A stretch of 64,000 nt of DNA, from NCBI RefSeq assembly GCF_006345805.1, contig NC_043015.1, positions 36,208,001 through 36,272,000 of the forward strand, written 5' to 3'. Shown in pieces: positions 41,181 through 54,186 of the stretch; position 1 is the stretch's first letter; the number at the start of each line of letters is the position of its first letter. The position numbers were made by a program, and so were the translations under genes. The stretch is from Octopus sinensis. Its lineage: Eukaryota. The notes beneath the pieces are model-generated. The model was given only the letters and a program-made list of their open reading frames with translations, did not search any database and was not told where the DNA came from.

Positions 41181-41543
41181 TCGTTGCTAGTCCAAAACGT
41201 TGCATTTTCAGAAAACGGAAAAATAGTTTCACCATTCCATTTCGTTTTTACATTAGCAACAGTTTCAGCTTAACAATAATATTTTGTTAGGTGCATAAAG
41301 TCGAAACTCCATGCATGTATCATATTTTCAGTCAGAAATAATAATTTTGAAAACTGTTTATTTGGGATTTACTACACTTTTTATAAATGCTAAACCGTTG
41401 TGCTACACTTTCACACTTTTTGATATCTTGGCATCTGAAGGCGCTGGAGATACGATAGTTTGACCAAGAGAACCGGCTATTGCAAGCAAAATTAAATATT
41501 GAAAAAAAAATACAGATTTGGCCAAATTTGGACATAATGCCAA

Positions 41544-41546
<3 letters not shown>
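41181..41546. mobile_element. Putative 366-bp MITE inserted in a (TA)n tract
   Basis: Left end tcgttgctagtccaaa; right end reverse complement tcgttggcattatgtccaaa. Pure (TA)n lies directly on both sides. Confidence 0.65.
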
Positions 41547-41738
<192 letters not shown>

Positions 41739-41974
41739 ACCTGCATATACTTATATAATTTTGTATACGCACATAAATCTCGATATGTATATGTTGTGTG
41801 TATATGCGTCTGAGTGTGTTTGTGTGTGAGTTTGTGTGTGTATGCGTATAATTCCAGGGGGATTATATATATTTTGAGATTTTTATTTATCTTTAGAATT
41901 TATGAATTAATAAACTTCTCTTCATCGTTTTTCACTGTATACCATTCAATAGAATACTTGTTTTTAATAACTGA

Positions 41975-42152
41975 TTTCAAATTTTGACTCAAGGCCAGCA
42001 GTTCGGTGGAGTGGGCAAGGCGATTAGATTGCTCCCAGTGATTGGCAGATTATTATTTTCTCGACCCTGAATGGATGAGTGGCGACGTCGACCTCTGCTG
42101 CATTTGATCTGGGAACGTAAAATAGGAAGACAAACTGCAAACCCGCCGCCTT
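41975..42152 (-). mobile_element. SINE family B, internally deleted
   Basis: tttcaaattttgactcaaggccagca..tcgaccctgaatggatga..gtcgacctc..cgccgcctt. Confidence 0.7.
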
Positions 42153-43481
42153 ATTTGTTTTATAGATCAATCAGTGAGTTTCCTTAAGATATATGATTTA
42201 TATCTGATTCATTGTAGACAGCTCTGCCTGTGATATTGAGACCATCTTTCTCGAGTAGACCCTTTACTCTCCCGAAAACAGAATATAATCTATAAGGCCT
42301 TAAAATCTTTTACGCTACAGTGGTTCTGTAAAACAAAAACACGGACTACTGGTCCTAAAGGTCAGTCATTCATCAATGCAATGTAGCTAATACGTGACAT
42401 TTCAAATACTAGACACAACAGGTCAGTCCTTTGCAAATCATATCTCTCTAACCAATTTTAAAAATGTCGCATTGGACATCGTAGTCGAACATATTTTGTT
42501 TTCTAAAATAATAAAACAGAAACAAGATAGGCAAGCGTGAAGCGCCTTCCTTCATTGGTCAGTTTGATCCGGGTCACCTGGAACTGAACTCCATCTGAAT
42601 CAACAACAATAACAATAAATTAGGAGGTTTAATGTACCATAGTAAATACAGCTATAGTGTGTTGATCAACCAAACGGTAGTTGATCAATTTGCGATTTAA
42701 CTGTTCCTCGGTTCAATTATCAAGACCGGTACTTCATCCAAAATGTGATATGCAAGTGTTCAGCACTTTGGATTAAACACTTTGGATCTGTAGACAAATC
42801 ATCCTTTATGAAAACATCCTTTTTATCGATTCTGCCACTTCTTTAAACTGCATAATCTCAATAAAAGTACTTCTCATCGACTGTCCTCAACGTTAAACAT
42901 ATTCATATAGTCAGGAAGTCAAGAAAAAGGCCTCACCAGTGTCATTCTATAGGATGGAAATTGCAAACAATTCTTCCTTATATCACACTACAGAAGCGTA
43001 TATTCATTAGATATATTGATCTGAATAACTCTAAAGATATGTGCGGGCCATAGCAAAAACGCAAAGAGAAATCTGCAGCAACCTCCACAGTCACAGCCCC
43101 ACCATAGCAACAGCAGCAGCAGCAGCAGAAGATGGACAAATTAGGATTGACTCCATATTGTGTACTTGACCTTTTTTTTTCAATAACATTATATGCTTAT
43201 AATAAATTTGGTTAGACTTACATTAACTTTGAGATTAATACTAATTAAAAGCGTGTCATTCATAAGGGTAGAAGATATTTTGTTGAACTAATCCCAGCAT
43301 TTCGATGCTGTATATTGATCTGGAATTGATGGAATCTAATATCAATACCTATAAATATTACACTTGGGAACTAAAGTGTTCAGCCAAAACTCTGCATGTT
43401 TTGTCCAACTGCCTGCAGTCGACTCATCGCATTGAAGATAGAATACTTGAAGTAGTAATAGTAGTGCAGAAGTAGCAACAA

Positions 43482-43482
<1 letters not shown>

Positions 43483-43560
<78 letters not shown>
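43483..43560. repeat. (TAG)n microsatellite
   Basis: Direct run. Confidence 0.97.
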
Positions 43561-43561
<1 letters not shown>

Positions 43562-44129
43562 AAGAAGCGGCAGCACAATGGTTTTCTCTCTCATAAGGTC
43601 ACACAATTTTGTAGAAAGGGGACAGACGATTGGATCGGTTCGGTTGTTGAGATGGTGCTTATACCCGTATTATCGATCTAAGTTATATAAATACAAAATA
43701 TGATCAATGCTGGTTTGCACCCGAGAACAGAAACTTAATGAATATGGGCAACATTCTTTGTTAGACGTTCTAAAAATTTCACCATTCGTTAATAATATTA
43801 ATAAACGTAACGGTTTCGAAATGATAACAAACAACAGCAACTGCGAGGAGAGGGGAGTTGTTGATAGCATCAAAATTAATTTATGTCGGGTCATTACGCC
43901 AATAATAATAACGCATGCGCGGTTCAATACCATTTCTTTATTGTCAGTCAAGGTCTCGAGACCCAAGGCAGACCTTGAAGAAAGGAGGCATGTTATTGAC
44001 GAGGCCACGAATTACAACGAAAGTATTTCAACGAACAGACAACCAACTGATTGTTTTACCAAAACATTAAACAGACGATCGACTAGTTAGCTGCATAGAT
44101 AACTAAACAACTAACTAGCAGTAGAGAAG

Positions 44130-44899
44130 TGTGATTTGCGAGTTGTGCAATCACTCATCGCCTCCTGTATTTCAGAGGCTGTAATCAGCTTTTCGCAGAA
44201 TCTCGCGTCCGTCACCGAAAGCCGTGGTAGGCTGTCTAGGTACGAATTAAATTTTGCTACCTTCGCCTACCCATCAACCTAACAAATACTCTGTCTAAAT
44301 ACAATCTGGATGACCCGTTGTGTTTATTCTATGTCCGCACTGGCATATCAGGGAAATCCAGTCGGTGCTTGTCAAGAAAGATGGAAAGTCCTGAGTAGGT
44401 TTTCGAGGCTTTTACACCCTGTTCTACTATGTGCTAAACCCAGACAGTCCTTTCGTGCTTCCAAAATACTATTCCAGTCCCCCACTATTACTAAAGTGCA
44501 AGACGTTCCCAAGAATATTTCTAGACGCCTGAAGAAATCTGGCCTTCCAGCCCCTGTTGGAGCATAAACCACCGCTAGTGTAAAGGCGCCACCCACACCT
44601 CCGTTCACGTTGAGGACCACCAACCTACCATCCGGATCCAAGAATATAGCCCGTACTTGGAGATCTAAGGATTTCCGGAGTAACACTGCTACACCACCAC
44701 CCGCTCCCGATAGACCACAAAATTAGAATAACTTGTAGTCTTCGAAAATGGATACTAGAGCTTATTTTCCGGAGCTCCTTCTTTCACTAATGGCAGCCAC
44801 ATGCAAATTAAGCGACCTGAGATCATTGAGCAGGTGACCTTGTTTCCAGGCCAATGCCAGGCCACGCACGCTCACACACCACATTCTCAGCACCGCCAT
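44130..44899 (-). pseudogene. Tx1/L1-like ORF2 remnant: APE endonuclease plus a short pre-RT segment
   Basis: MAVLRMWCVSVRGL..AAISE..GGVAVLLRK..DPDGRLVV..VYAPTG..FF..IVGDWN are the APE motifs. It then jumps to YLDSLPRLS..LITASEIQEAM..KS, which normally precedes the RT domain. Confidence 0.85.
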
Positions 44900-45039
44900 A
44901 CTAGTCGAAGAAAGAATATAAGGAGGTTACTCACCTTGGTCTTCGCGAAGCCCGAAAGTTCCGAGCTTATTTACTGGCGAAAAAGTTTTATAAAAGCCTT
45001 GCAACAGCGTTTTATCAATGGTTTTGTCAGCGTCTGACG

Positions 45040-46740
45040 ACATTTTAATTAAGGGTCTGTCCTTGGGGGTTTAGGGGGGTGGTGAAATTTTCAAATTCCT
45101 TTCACTTTGTCTGTATACTGTTTGTATTTTGATTTACAAAATCCCTCAGTTCATTGTTCTATTGGTTCACAACTGGGAAATTGATGGAGACATTTCGTCT
45201 ACAGTCTGATGATTATATTTTCGAAGTTCCCTAATCGGTTGCTTCTTTGTTTCTTTAATTTCATGCTGTTGTTGATGATGTCGCTGTTTTGAAGCTGTTG
45301 ATCTTTTTCTTGCTGTTTTTGTTGGAGTGGTTGTCAATTGTGTTGCAGTTGTGATTTCAGAAACAGTTTTCGTTAATTTCCTGAAGTAGGGCTATGTAAT
45401 CTCCTCCCCATTCGCCTACTCCCTTTTGTCATTGTGATCTGTTGATCATTCAGCTCTTTCTTTTCCATCTCATTGCAGCAGATGTTGGTTTGGGAGGTAG
45501 AGCATTCAGGAGAATATTGCTTTTCCGTGGCAAAAGAGGGCAGACTCCTTCTTTGTCTTGGTTTGGGAGTGGGTGTGAGCGTGGATGTGAGAGGAGGTGT
45601 AGGAGGCTTGTGCACTTGTCTATGATTTAGCACTTGTGGTATTTGTAATGTTGGCTGCGGTGAGATTTCATTTTACTTTTTTTCGGGGCAGGAAACCTTT
45701 GAGTGTTATGGCATTATGGCTTTCTACCCTCCTCAAACACTGACAGGTGAGTCTCATTTGGAAGGGAAGTTAGATGGAGCAGCTGGTCTATATGGACCTG
45801 CTTGCATTGTAAGGTCACTTCTATACCTATACCTAAACAGTTTTGCTGAGGTAAGTTCTTGACCTCCCGTATTGTGACTTCGTCTTCTTCTAAACCTACC
45901 AAGACAGCCGCCACTAACCAGGCAATGGATATTTCTGGCGGCACCTTCATCATCCTAATCCTGGAAAGATATTCGCCACGATAGTTCGGGATTATGAAAA
46001 TGTTGTCATTTATCAAAGTGGTTGCAGAATTACATTTAGCTCCTTCTTCCGTCCCAAATCTAACCTCAATGGTTCCAAACTTCCTTCCTCAGGTGATGTG
46101 GGTATTTTCTTCCCATACGTGCCCAATTCATTTTTTTATTTCGCTCTCCAGAGCATTTTCCACCCGCCAAAACTTGACTCCGGTGCAACGGTATGTGACC
46201 GTGTATCTTGCGATATTTTCTATCACGTCTGATGGAGGGTTTACAGCCACCCTTATCCCATCTCTTGTAACATTTTTCTAACAAATTTTGATTGTTCTTT
46301 ATTTGTGTGGATGCACTCCATATTTCTCGTCGCTGAAAGAAAGAGAAGCGATATTTGCTTTTTTATGTTTTATTTCTATTTTATTTGTTGCTGTTGTTGC
46401 TGCTGCTTCTGCTGTCACTGCTGCTGCTGATGTCACCGCTGCTGTTGTTGCCGTTGTTCTTCCCTTTGTCGACACCTAAAGTTTTGACGTTGCTTAGAGA
46501 CGAAATATTTTTCTCCCCGGTGACGTCATTATGTTTAGGCCATTCCAAATTGATATTCTCTTTTATTTCCTTGTTCTCAAAATTTCTGAAGGAATGCGTT
46601 CCTTTATCGAACATTATAATGATTACTTTATCTGCCATCTTTAGAAAATTACAGAAACTTGCGAAATATTTGTTTTTGCCGAAAGCAGTTAAAATTCAAA
46701 AATTATTTATGCATACCTCCTGCCAAACCGAGGATGTTTC
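45040..46740 (-). pseudogene. Tx1/L1-like 5'UTR + ORF1 remnant, same element as 44130-44899
   Basis: IIPNYRGEYLSRIRMMKVPPEISIAWL..EGRKP*CH followed by frameshifted HSKVSCP (broken CCHC knuckle), then a P/T/K-rich tail. Probable ATG at 46638. Confidence 0.75.
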
Positions 46741-46894
46741 CACACAAAAGTACTATCTGTACAGTCCAGACAATCTCCGAAATGTAATCATAACATCAGA
46801 AATGGAAAGACGGGGGTCTTAGAAGCCCGAAAAGATTACAAATACTTTTTCACCTTACGGAGTACCAATTTCCGTGATTTCAAATCATGGCCGC

Positions 46895-46941
46895 CATAAT
46901 AATGATAATAATAATTATAATAATAATAATAATAATAATAA

Positions 46942-47009
<68 letters not shown>

Positions 47010-47020
47010 ATGATGATAAT
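46895..47020. repeat. (TAA)n(TAG)n(TGA)n microsatellite
   Basis: Direct runs. Confidence 0.97.
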
Positions 47021-47947
47021 CTCACATTGCCAGTGAGAATTCGTAACGAGGGAGTATTGAGAGCAGAGTAAAAAAGGGAAACAAAAGAAGTACAAAAAGA
47101 CACGAAGAAGATTTACGCGGGAAGGGACGAGACAATCAACTCCATGTATCCACAACGGAAATTGCTGGAAAAAATAGGTGGGATTGGCTGATGAAAGGAA
47201 TGCTAAAGAAAGAGACCGAGAGCACTACACTGGCAGCGCAAGAGCAAACTTTGGCCAGGAACAGAAGGGTTAAACTTAGGAATGAACAAGTGTCCCCGCT
47301 GTGCCTCATCTGCAATGGATTAAACCATTGCCCATATCATGAATGAATTCCCTAGACTTGCGCCAAACCACTACAAGTTGTGGAGATACTATCAGGTAGC
47401 GAAAGTGCTACACTGAAAACTGTAAAAAGTGGAGGCTAAAGAGGGCAAGACGTGGTATGAGCACAAACCGCAGAGAATGAAGGAGTCACAGACGAGTAAA
47501 ACCCTCTGGGATTTTCCAATCCAAAACAGATCTGGAACTGGAGTATAACAGACCGGACCTAGTGGTGGTGGACAAGATGCGATACTTATGCTATGTAGTT
47601 CATGTTGCCTGCTGCTCTGACCCACAAATAGTCAAGAAGTGGAAAGGTAGATAAATAGGACCCTCTTAAGTACAAAATAGCCCGGCTATGGAAGATGAAG
47701 AATGTGAAAATAGTGCCAATTATTATTGAGTCTTTGAGAATAGTATCAGAAGGCACAAAGAGGAATATAAAGAAGCTTGGAATAGAGTGGCCAGTAGATC
47801 TCTTACAAAAGGTTTGCCTCCTTGGCACGGCCAGATTAATAAGGAAAAGAACGGATAGAATGGAATCGTAGGCTGCAGATAGTAAGACCGTTACGCATGT
47901 AAGACCCCAGGAATTCCCCCCTCCAAAAAACACCTGTGATAAAGAGA
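47021..47947 (+). mobile_element. 5'-truncated R4/Dong-like non-LTR element (CCHC + RLE C-terminus), decayed
   Basis: WDWLMKGMLKKETESTTLAAQEQ..CLICN..IAHI..WYEHKP..LWDFPIQ..NRPDLVVVDK..EKVDK..IARLWKMKNVKIVPIII..LQKVCLLGTARL. Microsatellites lie on both sides. Confidence 0.9.
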
Positions 47948-48002
47948 AATGATGATGATGATGATGATGATGATAATAATGATGATGATGATGATGATGA
48001 TG

Positions 48003-48048
<46 letters not shown>

Positions 48049-48096
48049 TAATAATAATAATAATATTGATAATAATAATAATAATAATAATAATAA
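47948..48096. repeat. (TGA)n(TAA)n microsatellite shared as tail by two convergent elements
   Basis: Direct runs. Confidence 0.95.
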
Positions 48097-48750
48097 TTCT
48101 CCTTCTGAACTCCTCCGGTTCAAAAAATGAATGATCAGAGTAGGTCCTTTTACACGGACCATCCCCACCGCATTTACCCACCTTTCAACAATTTTACTGG
48201 GGGGGGGGACATCCCCCTCTACTTCCGCTTTTCTTTCCAAGTGGAACTTGAAAAAATCGATGAGGGTTTCGCCGAATAGGTAAATATCTGTGTTCAGTCC
48301 TTTCAGTTTCGTCCACCAAACTCCTTAGTCATAGCCACCAGACAGAGGAAAACTCTCTTTCCTTCCCAGCCAAAGGAAGGCGGTGGAGCCATTTTCCCGA
48401 TGGACTCGCCTGATAACAGGATCCGTCCTACACGCGGTGACAGCTGTTCGACAAATCTCCACAAGCCAGTAATGCACGGACTCTGGACGAGTGCGTGCAG
48501 GGCGATTTTGTTGCCCAGCGCACTGCTCGAACAGCTCTGTCTGACAGTACTTCTGTATTTATAGAGCTTGTTTCGAACCGGCAGAGCTCCACGGTGGCAC
48601 TGATTTCTGGAAGGTATCCATAGGCCCCGTCGCCTCCATAGTCCTCTGGAAAAGACCATTTAAGTGATTCTTCCTGACGCCCAGAGTTTCATCAAGAAAT
48701 CGTCGCTCTTACCTGCCACTAACCCCCTAAAACAACCATTCCCCCCGCCG
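48097..48750 (-). pseudogene. Tx1-like ORF2 C-terminal (zinc-finger region) fragment
   Basis: RGALPVRNKLYK..SCSS..ALHALVQSP..LWRFVEQL..FLCLVAMTKE..ERWV resembles the decayed LPVRDKL..CP.C....E...HAL..C....W C-terminus of Tx1/L1 ORF2. Confidence 0.7.
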
Positions 48751-49577
48751 TTAAAGTGTTAAGCAAATATGGAAATTATTTTCCATTTCAGAGGATAAGT
48801 CTCAAAGCTAGTAAAACATTTGAATGGTCCTTCAACACTTTAACTGGCATTTTCTTTATTGTTACCATTTTCCTTGACTGCATGGCTCCATCAGAATTTG
48901 ATATCAATGTCACTAATTCTTTACCGACTGCGTTTGAATTCCAGTCTAATAATATCGACTTTCTTTCAGACATTATGAAATAGTTTCGCTGTTGCATCTG
49001 TCGTTAGATTGTTCTCCCCTGGGTGCTGCTGAGTATTTAAGTTATATTTTGCTATTAATATATCTTCCATTAACAATACCAAATGATATTAGTCTACCTA
49101 TATAAAATAACTGCATTATCAGTAAATATTTTTCAAACATTTCTTTTTGTATTGCCTCTATAATGTATCAAAATGACTTGTATATTGCAGTGTCAGCAGG
49201 CGAGAATGTGTTGTATTTGTATATCTTTTGCCACGTTTAGAAGAGCCACGTTTTACATCTGAATTTGCAAATGACGTTATTTAAATGATGTCTGTTCGAT
49301 GTCTGCCATGCTTGGGGTTTACTTTTGTAAAATAAATATTTATTTGCAAATATATAGATATGTGTGTGTGCGTGTGTGCATGTGTGTGTGTGTGTGTGGT
49401 CGTATCTAAATATTTAAGAATGTTGGTTTATGATTTCATATATTTTCTGTTTTAGATTAATTCATATCGTCTCTACCCATAATATATTTATGAATATGTT
49501 ATATACAGGATGAGATTTTGTTGCTATTGATGACGCAAACGATCTCTAAAAACAAAAAGAACAGGCAGATTCCCAGG

Positions 49578-49610
<33 letters not shown>

Positions 49611-49611
<1 letters not shown>

Positions 49612-49998
49612 TACCAGGATCGCCCGGCGTTGCTCGGGTTTGTTTCGATCCTTTAGAATTAGAATTTTTGAAAAGTAAAGATTTTGCATTATGTAGCTTG
49701 TTATTCTGTTTAAGTGAACAATTTTTCGGTTGAAATACACCGAAAAAGGGCGACACAGCAGTCAAAAAATCGTAAAAAATAGGGATTTTCATATAAAAAA
49801 AGCACCTTTTTGATGTAAATAATTTTAGGTCTTAACATAGTCCGATTTGTTTGTTTTTTCTTCTACGGAATGAAGAACAAGCTTTCTTCTATCATACTTT
49901 CAATTTTGGTCAACTTGCACCGCAGGGTCTCAGAGTAGATAGTGTTAGAAGGCTACCAAACCTGCCACACACACAGAGACAACTTCAGCTTTATATAT
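49611..49998 (-). mobile_element. Non-autonomous Helitron (~390 bp)
   Basis: Minus-strand 5' end tatatataaagctgaagttgtc; GC-rich hairpin cccgagcaacgccggg (49623-49638) 12 nt before a CTAG-like terminus (here GTAG). Inserted next to (TA)n. Confidence 0.75.
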
Positions 49999-50056
49999 AC
50001 ACACACATTATTAACAGGTAATCTTTGTACCCAACTTATGGACTCTTTATCGGGGT

Positions 50057-50368
50057 ACCGAATACTGCGTTATTAGCCGTGATAAATACATTGTTATAGA
50101 CGCTTGGTGCCTTAAAGTATACACACAGAGATCGTTGTAAACGAAAGTTGTCTGTCATGGACGCTGGAATTCCTACATTACATGATTTTGGTTTATTGCG
50201 CTTCATGAATGAGAATCGCCGGGAGATCCTGTCGACCGAAATCACGTGATGTGGGAATATTGGTGCACGTGACAGACGGCTTTCGTCTGCAACGATATAG
50301 GTGTAAGCTTTCATGCAACAAGTGTTTACAACAATTGATTTCTCACGGCTAATAACGCAATATTCAGT
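50057..50368. repeat. Long imperfect inverted repeat (foldback/MITE-like), arms ~135-140 bp
   Basis: accgaatactgcgttattagccgtgataaat.. pairs with ..atttctcacggctaataacgcaatattcagt; atcgttgtaaacgaaagttgtctgtca pairs with tgacagacggctttcgtctgcaacgat. Confidence 0.9.
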
Positions 50369-51413
50369 CTTCTCATATGGCATCCGTCTCTGGTTGGTTA
50401 TAACTATTACAATTTGGTATTAAGTCTACTTCTCTCGCTAATAACTAACATTTACTATTATTTTTCTGTGAGGCAATATTATATTTTCTGCTTTGGGATG
50501 TAGCAATTCAAAACGAATCTCATTTATATATTTCTAATTAAATGACATTACAGATTCAAAGTATAGTTTCGGAATCCATCTCATTGTAGCAATTAATAGC
50601 CACATTGGTAATCTAAGATTTACTCCTTCAACCAATCTATGACGAAACCTTCAAAGGAACCGTGTATTAGGCATATCTCTATGGTAAATGTGCAATGCAT
50701 AAGGTGAAGTAATGCAATCGTCATTTTCTTTTTAGATCAGTCATTTACTCTACGTTACTGACATCAACGGTGGTGAGATAATATCAATTTGAAAAGTGGA
50801 ATTATTGATTTATTCATTTGTATGTGCCGACCAAAATTTTCATTAAACATAAGTAAATATATCTCCATTTACCATTTGCAGAATATAGCTCAGTCAATAA
50901 ACTAAGGTGAAGCTAAGATCAATTTGATGCCATACGGAGGTGAAGCTGAGGCAACGCGTGACCACGATCAGGCCAAGGTAAGGACAAAATGAGGTGCTTT
51001 ATTCATTATAAATATACCAAACGAAGTTTAATAATTTCGAAGTACAATCATAGTATAAGCTTTCTTTCAGTCAAAATCTTTTGAATGTTTAAGCCTCTTC
51101 GTTTCCTTCATTTTATTCCTGTGATCTACGTTGGCCTCAAGCATTGTTTGGGACAAAACCGTATGTAATAAATGAGCCATAACAACTATATATCAATAAA
51201 ATCATGAAGCTTACGTGAAAGAAGACAAGATGCAATGCTGGGTGGGCGTATGAAACCGAACCGTATCAATTCCAGGAACTGAATCAAATTTATCCAATAA
51301 ACAGGTTCTATAGAATATTTTGAATTATCGAATCCGAAATCATGAGGTATCGAAAGTGATTTACTATTGTTGTTGTTGACATTCTTGTGGATAGTATTAT
51401 TATTACTATTATA

Positions 51414-52250
51414 TAAGGCGGCGAACTGGCAGAAACATTCGCACGCCGGGCGAAATACTTAGCGGTATTTCGTCTGCCGCTACATTCTGAGTTCATATTC
51501 AGCCGAGGTCGACTTTGCCTTTCATCCTTTCGGGGTCGATTAAATAAGTACCAGTTACGCACTGGGGTCGATATTGTCGGCTTAACCCGTTTGTCTGCCC
51601 TTGTTTGTCCTCTCTGTGTTTAGCCCCTTGTGGGTAGTAAAGAAATAGGTAGTTTGTCCCTCATTTCTTTTTGAGTTCAAATTCCGCCGTGGACGACTGC
51701 CGAGCTCGATAAAATAAGGACCAGTGTAACATTAGGGTCGGTGTAACCAACTGGTCCACCCTCTCCCAAAACTTAAGGTCTTGTGCCTAAAGTAGGCACT
51801 CTTATGGATAATGCGGCGAGCTGGCAGAATCATCTATATGCCGAACAAAATGTGTAGCGTAATTTCGTCCGTCTTTACGTTCCGATTCAGATGCTGCAAG
51901 GGTCAAATTTGCCTCTCATCCTTTCAACGTCTAAAAATTAGGCACCAGTTGACATCGGGGTCAATGTAATCGACTAAGTCACTTCCCAGTTGTTGCTGGC
52001 CTGGTGCCCAAATTTGAATCCCTTATCATTAATATTATTATCCGTAAAACGGCGAACTGGTGGAATAATTAGCACGCCTGACAAAATTCATAGTAGCATC
52101 TTTACGTTCCGAGATCGAACTCTGCCGAGGGCGACTATGCCTTTCCTGCTTGTGGGGTCGATAAAATAAGCACCAATCAAGCACTGGTATCGATGTAATC
52201 AACTGGGACACTTCCCTATAATTCCGAGCCGTATGCCAAAGTTCGAAACC
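51414..52250 (+). mobile_element. Head-to-tail cluster of four SINE family B copies (51414-51649 best preserved; ~51650-51795; 51812-52020; 52048-52250)
   Basis: Each has part or all of ggcggcga(a/g)ctggcagaa..gttcaaattc..gcctttcatcctttcggggtcgat.aaataagtaccagt. Confidence 0.88.
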
Positions 52251-52278
52251 GTTATTATTATTATTATTATTATTATTA

Positions 52279-52322
<44 letters not shown>

Positions 52323-52341
52323 TATTATTATATTATTATTA

Positions 52342-52425
<84 letters not shown>

Positions 52426-52436
52426 CATTATTATTA

Positions 52437-52524
<88 letters not shown>

Positions 52525-52556
52525 CATCATTATTATTATTGTTGTTTTTGTTGTTG
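52251..52556. repeat. (ATT)n microsatellite
   Basis: Direct run. Confidence 0.97.
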
Positions 52557-52714
52557 TAACAGGATGAGAGGATGCGCAGAGCTGGATTCTACCGGGAGGC
52601 CTGCCGGAAGAATCCAGCTCTACGCATGCGTGCTGGAGATTTCCAAGATGGTGTCACTACCTTTTTATTATCTTCTTCATCATCATCATCATTATAATAA
52701 TAATTATTATTATT

Positions 52715-53272
52715 CAGTGAGAGAGCAGCACATGCCGTCAAAGTAAGACTATGGTACAAATATACGAAGTCCAATATACCCATCATGACTACCCTTCTCA
52801 TAAGGGTACACCAAATACTTGTATCACAACCATATGTATGAGACATGGTGATCTCATATCAATATAAACAACGCATGAACTCGCAGCTGGGGCTCAGTTA
52901 GAATTTCCTTCAGGTCGAGTCGCCCATCTTGCTCAAAAGTTGTCCGAAGAGGCTTTATTTAAGGATGTTGAACGAAACCCCCATGTTTTCAGAGATGACT
53001 GATTCAACTCCCAAATAATTCCTCTTAACACATACCTATGATGCTCCCCGCCAACTACTTCTGCTCGTCATCAGAGACACATATATCATCAGTCATTAAG
53101 GGACATGCTCACGTGGTTGAGGTCAAGCAAGTGACAAGCAAATCTGTGGTATTGAGTAGAATATTTGTTGTAGGCCATCTTTTACACAAAAGGAAACTAA
53201 ATACAGGATAACATTTCCAATCGGTGAAGATCAGATGCCATAAGAGCCACCGCGCGTTCCTGTTTTAAGGCA
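52715..53272 (-). mobile_element. Copy 2 of the ~545-bp ATT-anchored retroposon (full length, diverged)
   Basis: cagtgagagagcag after ttattatt, through aagagccacc..aaggca, followed by (ATC)n. Confidence 0.88.
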
Positions 53273-54186
53273 TTTAAAATCATCATCCTCATCATCATCA
53301 TCATCATCATCTTCATCATCAACTTCATCCTCCTCCTCTTCCTCATCATCATCATCATCATCATTATCGTCATATTTTGGGTTTGCCTGAAATTAGTGAA
53401 AATGCCGATTCTTTCGTTCCATAAAAAATGTCTATTTTACATTAATAACAGACAATTAAGTCGGCAGAGAATAAAGAAACAGCCATTATCAATGCCATCA
53501 TGGCGGTAGATTTGACAAAATTCTTACACATCACACACCCTCACACATCCCCAAAATATTGCAGAATAAATTCAGAGCCACACATTTTAAAACTATTAGA
53601 CTGGAAGTGTTTAAAAAGAGAGACAGGAGGGGGAAAAAACCACTGCATAATACAACCGCATATAATCCAAAACACACATACACACACATGTACAGCCAAA
53701 GAAAACTTTCACACGCATGCGTACGCCTGCATTGACATTATTGATAATACACAATTCATATTAATCTAAATTGAACCAGATGCATTTTCCTGATTTGAAA
53801 TTAAAACCTGTTGACAATTATGCAAATAGGAACAGCAGAAAATAAAATGGAATCAAATCATAAAAAGAAAATAAATTTATTAAAAAAGGAAATAATGTTG
53901 ATTTTGTGGGTTGTGATTGTGATGATGATGGTGTGTGTTTAGTAATTGGATTACAATGATGGCGACTACGACGACTACGTCGACTACGTCGACGGTAATG
54001 ATGATGATGATGATGTTCGTGTCGATGACACTTTTGACGATTGTGCTAGAGATGAGTATAATGAGGATAATGGTGGTGGTGGTAGTAGTGAATGAGATAG
54101 AGAGAAAGAGGCGAACCCGTCTCCTGGAGCTGATGATTATGATGTTGACGATAATAATGATAAAAAAGATGTTTATTATTATTATT

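Noticed and set aside
46355-46822. 155-aa plus-strand ORF with hydrophobic N-terminus
   Set aside because: Antisense to the Tx1-like 5' region; the Leu run is a (CTG/TTG) low-complexity tract.
48788-49010. hAT transposase remnant (LVTLISNSDGAMQSRK)
   Set aside because: One weak SDGA-like motif only; insufficient without a search.
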